A stretch of 34,700 nt of DNA from Octopus bimaculoides (taxonomy: Eukaryota), in assembly GCF_001194135.2 (NCBI RefSeq), contig NC_068984.1:44731364-44766063 (forward strand), read 5' to 3'. The position numbers and the translations under genes are program-made. How positions within the stretch are numbered: position 1 is the stretch's first letter; each line of letters opens with the position of its first letter. The notes under the pieces were generated by a model. It worked only from the letters and a program-made list of their open reading frames with translations, had not been told where the DNA came from and did not search any database. This document shows positions 11,943-23,045 of the stretch, in pieces.

Positions 11943-11945
<3 letters not shown>
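10013..11945 (-). mobile_element. Decayed APE-type LINE (CR1/L2 group): ORF1 C-terminal part plus ORF2 endonuclease and linker, truncated before the RT domain
   Basis: ORF2 frame carries APE motifs LLNAQS, VLTETH, YRPP, MGDFN, DLVL and SDHD, with an in-frame TAA at 11197-11195. The linker ends in DGNGILHSDAKDMAEILQSQYC. The ORF1 remnant has two repeats, KICRYSL..G.CLRQDCLFTHLPGTRR and NICRHSLHERLCLQQSCPFTHQPGTRR. Clade assignment is by motif recall only. Confidence 0.9.
10544..11260 (-). pseudogene. Apurinic/apyrimidinic-endonuclease (APE) domain of LINE ORF2, disrupted
   Basis: Full set of APE catalytic motifs in one frame, with one internal stop. Confidence 0.9.
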
Positions 11946-11977
<32 letters not shown>

Positions 11978-11987
<10 letters not shown>

Positions 11988-12522
11988 ATACAGGGTATCA
12001 AGAGATACCACCACGCTGAAAAAATAGCAGTCAAATCCTGACTCTAAAACCACAATAAATGTCCGCAAGGCACGATTAGCGAAGACGTAGACCAAATAAA
12101 CCAGTAAAAATAATAAGATAATTTCAAGATAATCCTTATTTATATAAATTAGTTTTGTCAGTGTATTTACTATGCTGATATCCTGTCCGGGATCGCACGA
12201 GAAGTTGTTTAGGCGGGCTATTTAAGCTAGTCGTGTACATACGTACATATATATGTATGTATACATCCGTATATGTAAGTATACTGTTTATATACATGTA
12301 TTTGTATTTATGTACTTGTGTATATTTCACTGATGAAGGCAGAGCATTTATGCAAAGCCAGAAATCCAGGATTTGAAATTATCTTATTATTTTTACTGGT
12401 TTATTTGGTCTTCGTCTTCGCTAATCGTGCCTTGCGGACATTTATTGTGGTTTTAGAGTCAGGATTTGACTGCTATTTTTTCAGCGTGGTGGTATCTGTT
12501 GATACCCTGTATTATAATTTTA
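11978..12522. repeat. 150-bp inverted repeat (11978-12127 / 12373-12522) with a 245-bp spacer; probable Penelope-like pseudo-LTR in inverted arrangement
   Basis: Arms are 148/150 identical by manual comparison. The spacer and right arm contain a hammerhead motif. The left arm abuts (TA)n, and an assembly gap follows at 12542. Confidence 0.9.
12324..12379 (+). ncRNA. Minimal type I hammerhead ribozyme motif
   Basis: Stem I ATTTCA (12324-12329) / TGAAAT (12374-12379); core CTGATGA (12330-12336); stem II GGC/GCC with an A.A mismatch at its base; GAAA (12361-12364); pseudo-palindromic stem III ATCC-A-GGAT; AUU triplet, with predicted cleavage after 12373. Confidence 0.75.
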
Positions 12523-12979
12523 AATAATTATTACCTTTGATNNNNNNNNNNNNNNNNNNNNNNNNNNNNNNNNNNNNNNNNNNNNNNNNNNNNNNNNNNN
12601 NNNNNNNNNNNNNNNNNNNNNNNNNNNNNNNNNNNNNNNNNNNNNNNNNNNNNNNNNNNNNNNNNNNNNNNNNNNNNNNNNNNNNNNNNNNNNNNNNNNN
12701 NNNNNNNNNNNNNNNNNNNNNNNNNNNNNNNNNNNNNNNNNNNNNNNNNNNNNNNNNNNNNNNNNNNNNNNNNNNNNNNNNNNNNNNNNNNNNNNNNNNN
12801 NNNNNNNNNNNNNNNNNNNNNNNNNNNNNNNNNNNNNNNNNNNNNNNNNNNNNNNNNNNNNNNNNNNNNNNNNNNNNNNNNNNNNNNNNNNNNNNNNNNN
12901 NNNNNNNNNNNNNNNNNNNNNNNNNNNNNNNNNNNNNNNNNNNNNNNNNNNNNNNNNNNNNNNNNNNNNNNNNNNNNNN

Positions 12980-13032
<53 letters not shown>

Positions 13033-13139
13033 GAATGGGAACTTTCACATGATGGACTGTATGTAACATACAAAAAAAAAAATAATAAAAAGCTTATACG
13101 CCCGTTTAACATTTTTCACATTGATACAAAACCTTTGTC

Positions 13140-13325
13140 GAGATGGGGTTTATTTGACTGAATAAATTCAATACATTATTATCGCCCCGCCCTTTTGATC
13201 GATTACAGTGGAATGAAAGACGAGGCAGACTTTGGCGGAGAATTTGAAATCAGAATCCACACATAGATAGAAAACAATATATGATTTGGCCGAGATTTGT
13301 GAAAGCTGTCCGACGGCTAAATATT
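13140..13325 (-). mobile_element. Degenerate SINE family C fragment
   Basis: gaatgaaagacgaggcagactttggcggagaatttgaaatcagaat resembles the 28890-29270 copies. Confidence 0.55.
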
Positions 13326-13814
13326 TTATAGTGTACCACACCTTAGGGCATAAAAGGTACTTTAAGTGGAACCTGAGTTGAGAACAATGAGACTAGTTGT
13401 AGCATCACGACGTATCTAATCCCCCTAGCTACGGTTTTACAATTAACACCGCCCTAAGGACATATTTAATGTTAGTTAACCAGTAAATGAATGCTTGGTG
13501 GACTGACCTCGTGTTCTGTTGTAAAACAAAATTACGGGCGTGTCTCTAGAAACTAGAACACTAAATTCAATTAGGAATAAAAAAAATATATATACATTTA
13601 GGTGTACAATAGTAGTACAAAATACAGTTGTACTCTGTTCCAATCCTTAAAATCCGTTGCAAGTATTATTTACTGGTATTTGATTATATTTATTGCATTC
13701 CAGAACAATACTACAGTATACTTTAAAAATAATTGTTTCTGCTTGCTGGTACAAGCAAATATAAGTACTATGAAATAACTATGCCATAAATGTTCCGTCT
13801 AAAGCAGTGACAGC

Positions 13815-14065
13815 ATGCAAACTAAGTTACGGGGAAGTAACGCATTAACACCGGTTGTCAAATGGTGGTAGGAAATACACACACACACACACACACACAT
13901 ACGACGGGCTTCTTTCAGTTTCCGCCTACCAAATCCATTCAGAAGGCTTTAATCGACTCGGAGCTGTAGTAGAAGACTTTTGCTCAAGGTGCTTTGCAGT
14001 GGCACTGAGCCCGGAACCATGTGATTGGGAAGCAAAATTCTTGCCATACAGCCACGCCAACACCT
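13815..14065 (-). mobile_element. SINE family B with internal (CA)n
   Basis: The reverse complement has head GGTGTTGGCGTGGCTGTATGGCAAGAATTTTGCTTCCCAATCACATGGTTCCGGGCTCAGTGCC, the CCTTGAGCAAAG core and a TTGACAACCGGTG mid-domain. Confidence 0.85.
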
Positions 14066-14239
14066 ATGAAGGGACAAGAAAGCCACCTGGCAGGGAATCA
14101 ATCGTGGATCTTCCGCGTGACATGCGGGGATACTTACCACTATACTATTGAGGATCTCATGTACGTATACGTATATATATGTACCTATATACCTATATGT
14201 AGACTGCATATGCGTATACGTATATATACGGAGTATATA

Positions 14240-14480
14240 CAGGGTGTCCCAGAAGTCACAGATGGGCTTCAATTTTTAATAACTTCCTCAACCTTATAAA
14301 TAGATGCATGAAATTTTGATTCAAAATAACGGACATAATGGAAATTGATATGCATTAGCCAAATTTTGCAACACCACTACATCACATACGAAAAATGATA
14401 TCGCTTAAATGGCAGCCATTTTGGGCTTCGCACGAGTATCAATTGAAACGGATGTTAGACGCGAAAATGACCAATCTGTT
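14240..14480 (-). mobile_element. 3' end of a Tc1/mariner-superfamily DNA transposon (transposase C-terminus plus TIR)
   Basis: TA (14238-14239) is followed by TIR-like CAGGGTGTCCCAGAAG. The minus strand encodes ...CEAQNGCHLSDIIFRM*, resembling the Tc1/mariner C-terminal ending. Confidence 0.65.
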
Positions 14481-16466
14481 AATAATAAACAATTATTAAT
14501 TTCCTTATCTCCATTTTTTTTTCTTCTTTTGTACACACACACACACATACACACACGCACACACACATGCACACACACACACACATATATGCATATATAT
14601 ACATAAATGTATGTGTATGTGTGTATGTATGTTAGTACGTACGTATGTATGTATGTATGTATGTATGTATGTATGTATGTATGTATGCATAAACGTCGAT
14701 GTCAGTCTGTCTCGAAAGAACGTCACAAATTTTTGTCGACGAATCTTTACCGGAGATTCGCATGAGAACTAGAATAATGCTTAAAAAAATCTTTTCCCAG
14801 AATTGTTTTAGGTCTAAACAAAGAAAACTCGTGAAAAAAAAAAAAAATTATGTAGGAGGTGCGACAGACAAAATTCTGTAATTGATTTGAATTTGATTAG
14901 TATTGTTAATGTGAGTTGGAGAAACGTTGTCAGTTTATACTAATTGCGATGAAATTCAAACTATTGTATAATAGTAGCATCAGATTAAACGAAGAACAAG
15001 GTGCGCAGTTTGCTTTCCCATTAGGTAGACGGATGTGGAAAAGGCTGGGTAACAACATACGAAAAGTCAAAGAAAGCTATAATCAAGACTTTCCGACGGC
15101 ATCAACAACAGGAAGTTAGGAGTGGTTTTAATGAAGAAACTCCTGTTTCCAGTTCATAATGGTGGCTTTCTTCATTTCTACATTCCTGAAAATATACACT
15201 GTACAAGGAAAAATGTACAGTTTAATGCAGCAAGTAGTAGGATTACCGTGCAATAATCGAGTGTTTCACTAGATTGTATGGATAAATCCCTATGGTTCTC
15301 GGAAAAGTTTCCGGAAAACATTTCACTGTACTTTTTTTTTCACCGACAAACAAGAACAATTTCACATGGGAAAGTGTCATTTGCTATACCCTGGAGATTT
15401 GATAGACTGAAAGAAGCACGTCGTATATAGATATAATGTTTATATATATATATATATATATATATNNNNNNNNNNNNNNNNNNNNNNNNNNNNNNNNNNN
15501 NNNNNNNNNNNNNNNNNNNNNNNNNNNNNNNNNNNNNNNNNNNNNNNNNNNNNNNNNNNNNNNNNNNNNNNNNNNNNNNNNNNNNNNNNNNNNNNNNNNN
15601 NNNNNNNNNNNNNNNNNNNNNNNNNNNNNNNNNNNNNNNNNNNNNNNNNNNNNNNNNNNNNNNNNNNNNNNNNNNNNNNNNNNNNNNNNNNNNNNNNNNN
15701 NNNNNNNNNNNNNNNNNNNNNNNNNNNNNNNNNNNNNNNNNNNNNNNNNNNNNNNNNNNNNNNNNNNNNNNNNNNNNNNNNNNNNNNNNNNNNNNNNNNN
15801 NNNNNNNNNNNNNNNNNNNNNNNNNNNNNNNNNNNNNNNNNNNNNNNNNNNNNNNNNNNNNNNNNNNNNNNNNNNNNNNNNNNNNNNNNNNNNNNNNNNN
15901 NNNNNNNNNNNNNNNNNNNNNNNNNNNNNNNNNNNNNNNNNNNNNNNNNNNNNNNNNNNNNNNNNNNNNNNNNNNNNNNNNNNNNNNNNNNNNNNNNNNN
16001 NNNNNNNNNNNNNNNNNNNNNNNNNNNNNNNNNNNNNNNNNNNNNNNNNNNNNNNNNNNNNNNNNNNNNNNNNNNNNNNNNNNNNNNNNNNNNNNNNNNN
16101 NNNNNNNNNNNNNNNNNNNNNNNNNNNNNNNNNNNNNNNNNNNNNNNNNNNNNNNNNNNNNNNNNNNNNNNNNNNNNNNNNNNNNNNNNNNNNNNNNNNN
16201 NNNNNNNNNNNNNNNNNNNNNNNNNNNNNNNNNNNNNNNNNNNNNNNNNNNNNNNNNNNNNNNNNNNNNNNNNNNNNNNNNNNNNNNNNNNNNNNNNNNN
16301 NNNNNNNNNNNNNNNNNNNNNNNNNNNNNNNNNNNNNNNNNNNNNNNNNNNNNNNNNNNNNNNNNNNNATGTATGTATATATATATATATACATACATAC
16401 ACTCACGCACACACACACAAGCACACACGCACACGCACACGCACACACGTATATATATGTAGGTTT

Positions 16467-16571
16467 AAAAATATGTACTTTGGTCGATTTGTTCAACTAA
16501 ACCCTTCAAAACGTTGCCCAGGCATAGTCGCACTCCAATGACTGAAACAATATAAAATACACAAGATAAAA
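16467..16571 (+). mobile_element. SINE family B, 3' tail fragment
   Basis: GGTCGATTTGTTCAACTAAA...GGCATAGTCGCACTCCAATGACTGAAACAA matches the tail of the 7248-7668 copy. Confidence 0.75.
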
Positions 16572-16689
16572 GAATTCAAAACAAGAACTTTAAAGATAAA
16601 GCAATCAATCGTATAGTTTCTTCATCTACAAACTTGCTAGAAGCTGTTTACGACATGTTGTTTGACAATTTTATACAAACATTCAATCT

Positions 16690-17045
16690 CGTTTCATCGT
16701 TTTCTAGTTTTCTTCTTGCCTTTCATTCTTTGGGCTAATTTTCTCTTTGTCTTTTGTTGTCTTCGTTTCCTACCTTCTCTTTTGTTACTTGATTTTTCTT
16801 TTCATCTTTCATTCATGTCTTTTCTTAGTTTTTTTTTTCCGACCGTTTTCCTTCTACTTTCTTATCCTAGCTTTCTCTTCATCCCTTTTAATTTTTACCC
16901 TTATCTTCTTGCTACCTTTCTTTTCTTTTCTTTTTTTTATTTCTTCCTGTATTGCCAGCATCTTTCGTCTTTTATTTCCACTTTGCTTTTATGAATTGTT
17001 TCACCAATTTGTTAGTGTATTTTGCCTTTCTACCCACTCTCTCTT
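16690..17045. repeat. Pyrimidine-rich low-complexity tract
   Basis: Direct reading. The F/L/S-rich ORFs here are artefacts. Confidence 0.7.
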
Positions 17046-17047
17046 CC

Positions 17048-17105
<58 letters not shown>

Positions 17106-17251
17106 NNNNNNNNNNNNNNNNNNNNNNNNNNNNNNNNNNNNNNNNNNNNNNNNNNNNNNNNNNNNNNNNNNNNNNNNNNNNNNNNNNNNNNNNNNNNNNN
17201 NNNNNNNNNNNNNNNNNNNATAAATAAATTATAGGGCAGCTGTCTTCTGGT

Positions 17252-17327
17252 TATTCCGCTGAAGATAGTGACCTTGTGGGATATATTTTTATCTTGCTAA
17301 AATAACTTGAAACCATGGTACGGAATA
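17252..17327 (+). ncRNA. Degenerate minimal type I hammerhead ribozyme motif
   Basis: Perfect 7-bp stem I TATTCCG (17252-17258) / CGGAATA (17321-17327); core CTGAAGA; GAAAC-CATG-GT palindromic stem III; GUA triplet. The stem II base is mismatched (T.T). Confidence 0.7.
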
Positions 17328-17770
17328 TAGATTGGTAAATGTTTTTATTTTTCATTCCCTTTCGAAATTATCCCTATTTTTGTGGTATAGAGTTTTTTGC
17401 TGCTCTTTCTAGCGGGTCAGATGTCCTATTATAGGCATCTCTGTATTTTAAATGAATTATATATATATATATTTACGTACATATATATGTATGTATTATA
17501 TATATGTGTATATGTGTTTGTCTGTGTGTGTACATGTGTGTGTTTATACGTGCGTATAATAAGTAGTATAAAGAGAACGACAGTTATATAGTACATGAGT
17601 TTTATTTTAAAGTTTTCCAGTCGAATTATTTTTCACGTGTTTTAAGTTATCGTAACATTATTATTAATACTCTTATGTTTCAGTTTATTGTATCTCAACG
17701 AGTTCTATGCTGAAGTTTGTACATTTAAAAATATAACCGTTATAGTATTGTCTATGGCTACCTCACAAAT

Positions 17771-17804
<34 letters not shown>

Positions 17805-17879
17805 GCACAACCATTATATTATATAGAGATACATAAAGCAGGACTAATGTGTACCACACGTATATAAAGGTGTGCGTGT

Positions 17880-17924
<45 letters not shown>

Positions 17925-18220
17925 CTCATACATACAAACATATATACATACATACACATACCTATAGTACATGCATACAAATGCATTCACACACACACAC
18001 ATATATATATATAAATGTATGTGTATTTTTTCAATGTTAACAAATAACACGGAAAAAATAAATAAATAGTCACCAAGGCAGCAAAAATTCACATAAGTAC
18101 CAACGATGTAGCAGACTGCTAGTAAAGACAGAAACTCCAGGTTTTGCTGAAATGATTTTGTATGACATAGATAAATAAATATATAGAGTTAAAACGCAGG
18201 TGTTATTCAAATCTTTATAA

Positions 18221-18306
18221 TTCCGACATATGTTTCGAAGAAAACATTGGTATTATTCCAGAAGGAATAAAATGATGTAATACAATGCAATCTTCACATC
18301 AGGGAA
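18221..18306 (-). ncRNA. Degenerate minimal type I hammerhead ribozyme motif
   Basis: Minus strand reads TTCC-CTGATGT-GAAGA...TCTTC-GAAAC-ATAT-GTC-GGAA: 4-bp stem I, core with A9>U (plus-strand position 18296), extended stem II, palindromic stem III and GUC triplet. Confidence 0.7.
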
Positions 18307-18346
18307 AGAAAGAGAAACAGAACGCATCAATAAGATATTTTAACCG

Positions 18347-18415
<69 letters not shown>

Positions 18416-18921
18416 ATCTATCTATCTATCTACATATATATATNNNNNNNNNNNNNNNNNNNNNNNNNNNNNNNNNNNNNNNNNNNNNNNNNNNNNNNNN
18501 NNNNNNNNNNNNNNNNNNNNNNNNNNNNNNNNNNNNNNNNNNNNNNNNNNNNNNNNNNNNNNNNNNNNNNNNNATAGTCAATTTCAACATGAACAAGCAA
18601 GAAAAAAACACGAAAAAACAACGCGAGGACGTGGAATAAGTACAGTGTTATTGGACGCTCAGGAAAGGAATATATATAAACAATCTATACCTATATCTTA
18701 AACTGTCTATTGGTTCTTACAAATCCTCCCACTCAAGTATAACGCGCATAAATACATACACAAGCAAATAAACATACGCACTCACAAAGCACACTTACAC
18801 CTATATATACACGCACGCGCACACACTCGCACATGAAATCATCATACAAGTCATGTGTAGTGTAGATGGTATATATTTGTGTATGTATATATGTATGTAT
18901 GTATGTGTGTATGTGTGTATG

Positions 18922-18952
<31 letters not shown>

Positions 18953-19246
18953 GTATGGATGTATGCATTTATGCATGTATGTATATCCTCGATATTTGTT
19001 CGGCATCTGTGACAACAGGAAGTTGTTGTCGTCTGCTATAGCACGTTTTGAAACTACTTCCGGTATGGGCGGTAATTACCAAGCAATTCGATGTACATAT
19101 GCGATTTCCATTTTTCGTTGTCTTCAATTTGTTAATGTTACTGACACAGCGACTACCACTACATCTACTGCTGTTTATTATTCTGAACAGAAATACTGAG
19201 ATTGACAGACGTACACACACATTTATGTGTGTGTGTGTGTGTACAC

Positions 19247-19300
<54 letters not shown>

Positions 19301-19483
19301 ACACGTTAATGTTTCTTTTTAAGTTTAGTTATAATAAAAACAGTATAATAAAAACAACACTTTAGCAGAGTAAAAAATTGTTCTTAAACAAGTGACTTCG
19401 AAGTTTCGTCCGCAACTTCGAAATCACTGCCAACAATATTCTTATATATATGTATGTTTATGAATATATATCCTACATATACA

Positions 19484-19519
<36 letters not shown>

Positions 19520-19545
19520 TATATGTATATATACAATTATTTTAT

Positions 19546-19790
19546 ACCATCCCATAAATAATGCGGTTTTATCAGTTGCATGAGCTAAAAGTCGGAGGGA
19601 GACAGGATAAACTACCTGCATCAACTTCCTATAAAAGCAGGTGGTAATTTTACCTTGTACTTATTCTTAGTGCAAGTTTTGAAGAGTGCACTACGATTTT
19701 AACAGTTATTTTTTCAAAGCTCTAATGGAAGTGACAAATAAGCATATTCGGCATATTTTGCTTTGAGTTCAATAAAGGCAACACTAGCTA
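19546..19790 (+). mobile_element. 5' end of a second mariner family (TIR, leader, transposase N-terminus), truncated
   Basis: TA followed by CCATCCCATAAATAATGCGG. ATG at 19725 gives MEVTNKHIRHILL-(frameshift)-EFNKGNT, a typical mariner N-terminus, similar to EDHIRNVLLHEFHKG of the 23891 copy. Confidence 0.75.
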
Positions 19791-19920
19791 CGAGTTTTTT
19801 TTTCTTCCCCCTTCACTTTGAAGAGTGGTTATAAGCCACCGGCCGTTAAGATCTGACGTGACGTTGTAAAGCTGAGCGATTTATGGAAGCGAAGCCCTGG
19901 GTAACCCCGTACACCGGCCA

Positions 19921-19965
<45 letters not shown>

Positions 19966-19970
19966 CTCTA

Positions 19971-20004
<34 letters not shown>

Positions 20005-20006
20005 AA

Positions 20007-20039
<33 letters not shown>

Positions 20040-20394
20040 GTGTATATATATATACATATATATATATNNNNNNNNNNNNNNNNNNNNNNNNNNNNNNNNN
20101 NNNNNNNNNNNNNNNNNNNNNNNNNNNNNNNNNNNNNNNNNNNNNNNNNNNNNNNNNNNNNNNNNNNNNNNNNNGAGAGAGAGAAAGACGGGAGAGAGGA
20201 ATCGGAAATAGAGGAAATAAAGACAAAGAGAAAGAGAGAGAGAGAGAGAGGGAGTAAGAAGACAGCTACAACGATAGATCTTAGAAATGGATGTATGGGC
20301 GCATGGATAGATAGATTGTATGGCTGGGTAGATATCAGGTTATCTGCTTTTCTAGTTATGTTACTAGCGAAATCAATATATAGATAGACAGAAT

Positions 20395-20450
<56 letters not shown>

Positions 20451-21063
20451 TTAATGTAGTTAGATTGTGATAGAATTATATGCATAAGTAATTAGAAAGC
20501 GAATGAGGCTAAGACTTTCTTGGGGCACATTCTAATCAATAAGAAGAAAAGAAAAAGACTACATTGCCTGACATGCTATTTCCGGACACTGCTAAATTAC
20601 GTACAGTGATTAAGTGCCAATGGAAAAGATGATAAAAAGAAAATGGCAGACTTTAGGAGAATACAAAAATGGTATTTTAGTGAGTATTAAAGAATATTGA
20701 GCGAAATAGCAGAATAGATAACTAGACAGACAGGCAAACAATTAGGCTGAACAATCATACTTGAAAGTAGCAAATTGCAAGAAACCAGGATGAGAAGGGA
20801 TGACATACAGGAAATGAGTTTAGCTATCAATGAACATTAAATGTGTTATTAAAAAGGGCGTATGAAGCTATAAACCTTGTTGTATTTATCTTTCTTCACC
20901 TTCAGAACGGTTCTTTCATTAAAGCGTGGTTAGAGAAAAGATCAATAAGTAGACAACAGGGAGTGACACTGCGAAAGACAGAAAAAACAAAAAACAAAAA
21001 CAGGGAGAAGGCCCTGAGATAGTCATGTAAATAAGAAAATAGGAAATCACTTAAATACCTTGT

Positions 21064-21065
<2 letters not shown>

Positions 21066-21162
<97 letters not shown>

Positions 21163-21309
21163 TCCATCTATATATTGATCTAATCTAGCTAGCTAGATAA
21201 GAAAATAGAGAACCGTCTACTTAGCCCTCCATGCAATCCATTTACCATCGCATCCATATATCTGATTTGAGAATGAAAAAGACAGACAAATCAATAGATA
21301 GATAGATAA

Positions 21310-21363
<54 letters not shown>
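21066..21363. repeat. (TA)n(GT)n and (GATA)n microsatellites
   Basis: Direct reading of the sequence. Confidence 0.95.
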
Positions 21364-22589
21364 TGACTAACAGTGAGGGATATTCGGAGTTAGTTTTGTA
21401 AGAAAGCCGACTATATTATTATAAAAATATGTGTAATTATATAGATTCTAAGAAACATTTGTATTATCTCTACAGAATATGAATTTTATGATATGTCCTT
21501 AAATTTTATATACACTATACGACATTCCTCTAAAATAATTCTAGGGTGGAAAACTACAGGGTACAAAGAAATAGGGGGAGAGGGAGAAAAAGGGAGTGTG
21601 NNNNNNNNNNNNNNNNNNNNNNNNNNNNNNNNNNNNNNNNNNNNNNNNNNNNNNNNNNNNNNNNNNNNNNNNNNNNNNNNNNNNNNNNNNNNNNNNNNNN
21701 NNNNNNNNNNNNNNNNNNNNNNNNNNNNNNNNNNNNNNNNNNNNNNNNNNNNNNNNNNNNNNNNNNNNNNNNNNNNNNNNNNNNNNNNNNNNNNNNNNNN
21801 NNNNNNNNNNNNNNNNNNNNNNNNNNNNNNNNNNNNNNNNNNNNNNNNNNNNNNNNNNNNNNNNNNNNNNNNNNNNNNNNNNNNNNNNNNNNNNNNNNNN
21901 NNNNNNNNNNNNNNNNNNNNNNNNNNNNNNNNNNNNNNNNNNNNNNNNNNNNNNNNNNNNNNNNNNNNNNNNNNNNNNNNNNNNNNNNNNNNNNNNNNNN
22001 NNNNNNNNNNNNNNNNNNNNNNNNNNNNNNNNNNNNNNNNNNNNNNNNNNNNNNNNNNNNNNNNNNNNNNNNNNNNNNNNNNNNNNNNNNNNNNNNNNNN
22101 NNNNNNNNNNNNNNNNNNNNNNNNNNNNNNNNNNNNNNNNNNNNNNNNNNNNNNNNNNNNNNNNNNNNNNNNNNNNNNNNNNNNNNNNNNNNNNNNNNNN
22201 NNNNNNNNNNNNNNNNNNNNNNNNNNNNNNNNNNNNNNNNNNNNNNNNNNNNNNNNNNNNNNNNNNNNNNNNNNNNNNNNNNNNNNNNNNNNNNNNNNNN
22301 NNNNNNNNNNNNNNNNNNNNNNNNNNNNNNNNNNNNNNNNNNNNNNNNNNNNNNNNNNNNNNNNNNNNNNNNNNNNNNNNNNNNNNNNNNNNNNNNNNNN
22401 NNNNNNNNNNNNNNNNNNNNNNNNNNNNNNNNNNNNNNNNNNNNNNNNNNNNNNNNNNNNNNNNNNNNNNNNNNNNNNNNNNNNNNNNNNNNNNNNNNNN
22501 NNNNNNNNNNNNNNNNNNNATATATATGAATATATAAATACATACATACATGTACATACTTACATATATATGTATATACACATGCATAT

Positions 22590-23045
22590 ATGGGTACAGG
22601 ATGTCAAAAAACCTAAACAACATGAAAAACGAGAACAAGAATTACAAATACATGGAAAACGAACTTTTTTTGAACAACGAAAGAAATAAATAGAAGAAAC
22701 GAGAAAGGTAACATAAATAACAATCCCTTCATCAGTTGTCCACTGTTTTGTCTACTCCCCATTTTCGAGCGTTAGGACAAGATGCGTCTTCGTCAAAACA
22801 GTCACTCTCGGAAAGCAAATTAAATAAAATTTGTAATTTGCGGAGGGTCAAAGTTGGTAACAAGAACAGGACAGTTAAAACAACCAGTAAGGGATGTTAA
22901 GCCATAACGAGGTGAAGTGGTGAACGCTGGAGAACAAGCGTTGACAGGAGACAGACGATGTGTGCTATCTCTTGCAGCTGAACGAGAAGAAAGAAAGAAA
23001 TTCGAGTTAGGAGAAGAAAGATGGTCGCTGGTCACCCGTGAGCAA
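22590..23045. repeat. Probable dispersed repeat (possibly Penelope-like terminal region), family unresolved
   Basis: An A-rich leader is followed by a GC-richer block containing CTGATGA and CGAAA on the minus strand. Recalled as a common octopus repeat; not verifiable here. Confidence 0.35.

Noticed and set aside
20480-20860. Possible decayed RTE ORF C-terminus (KRKRLHCLTCYFR-like)
   Set aside because: Similarity too weak to support without a profile search.
22700-22810. Minus-strand CGAAA...CTGATGAAGG as a permuted hammerhead
   Set aside because: No consistent stem I/II/III pairing could be built in any topology.
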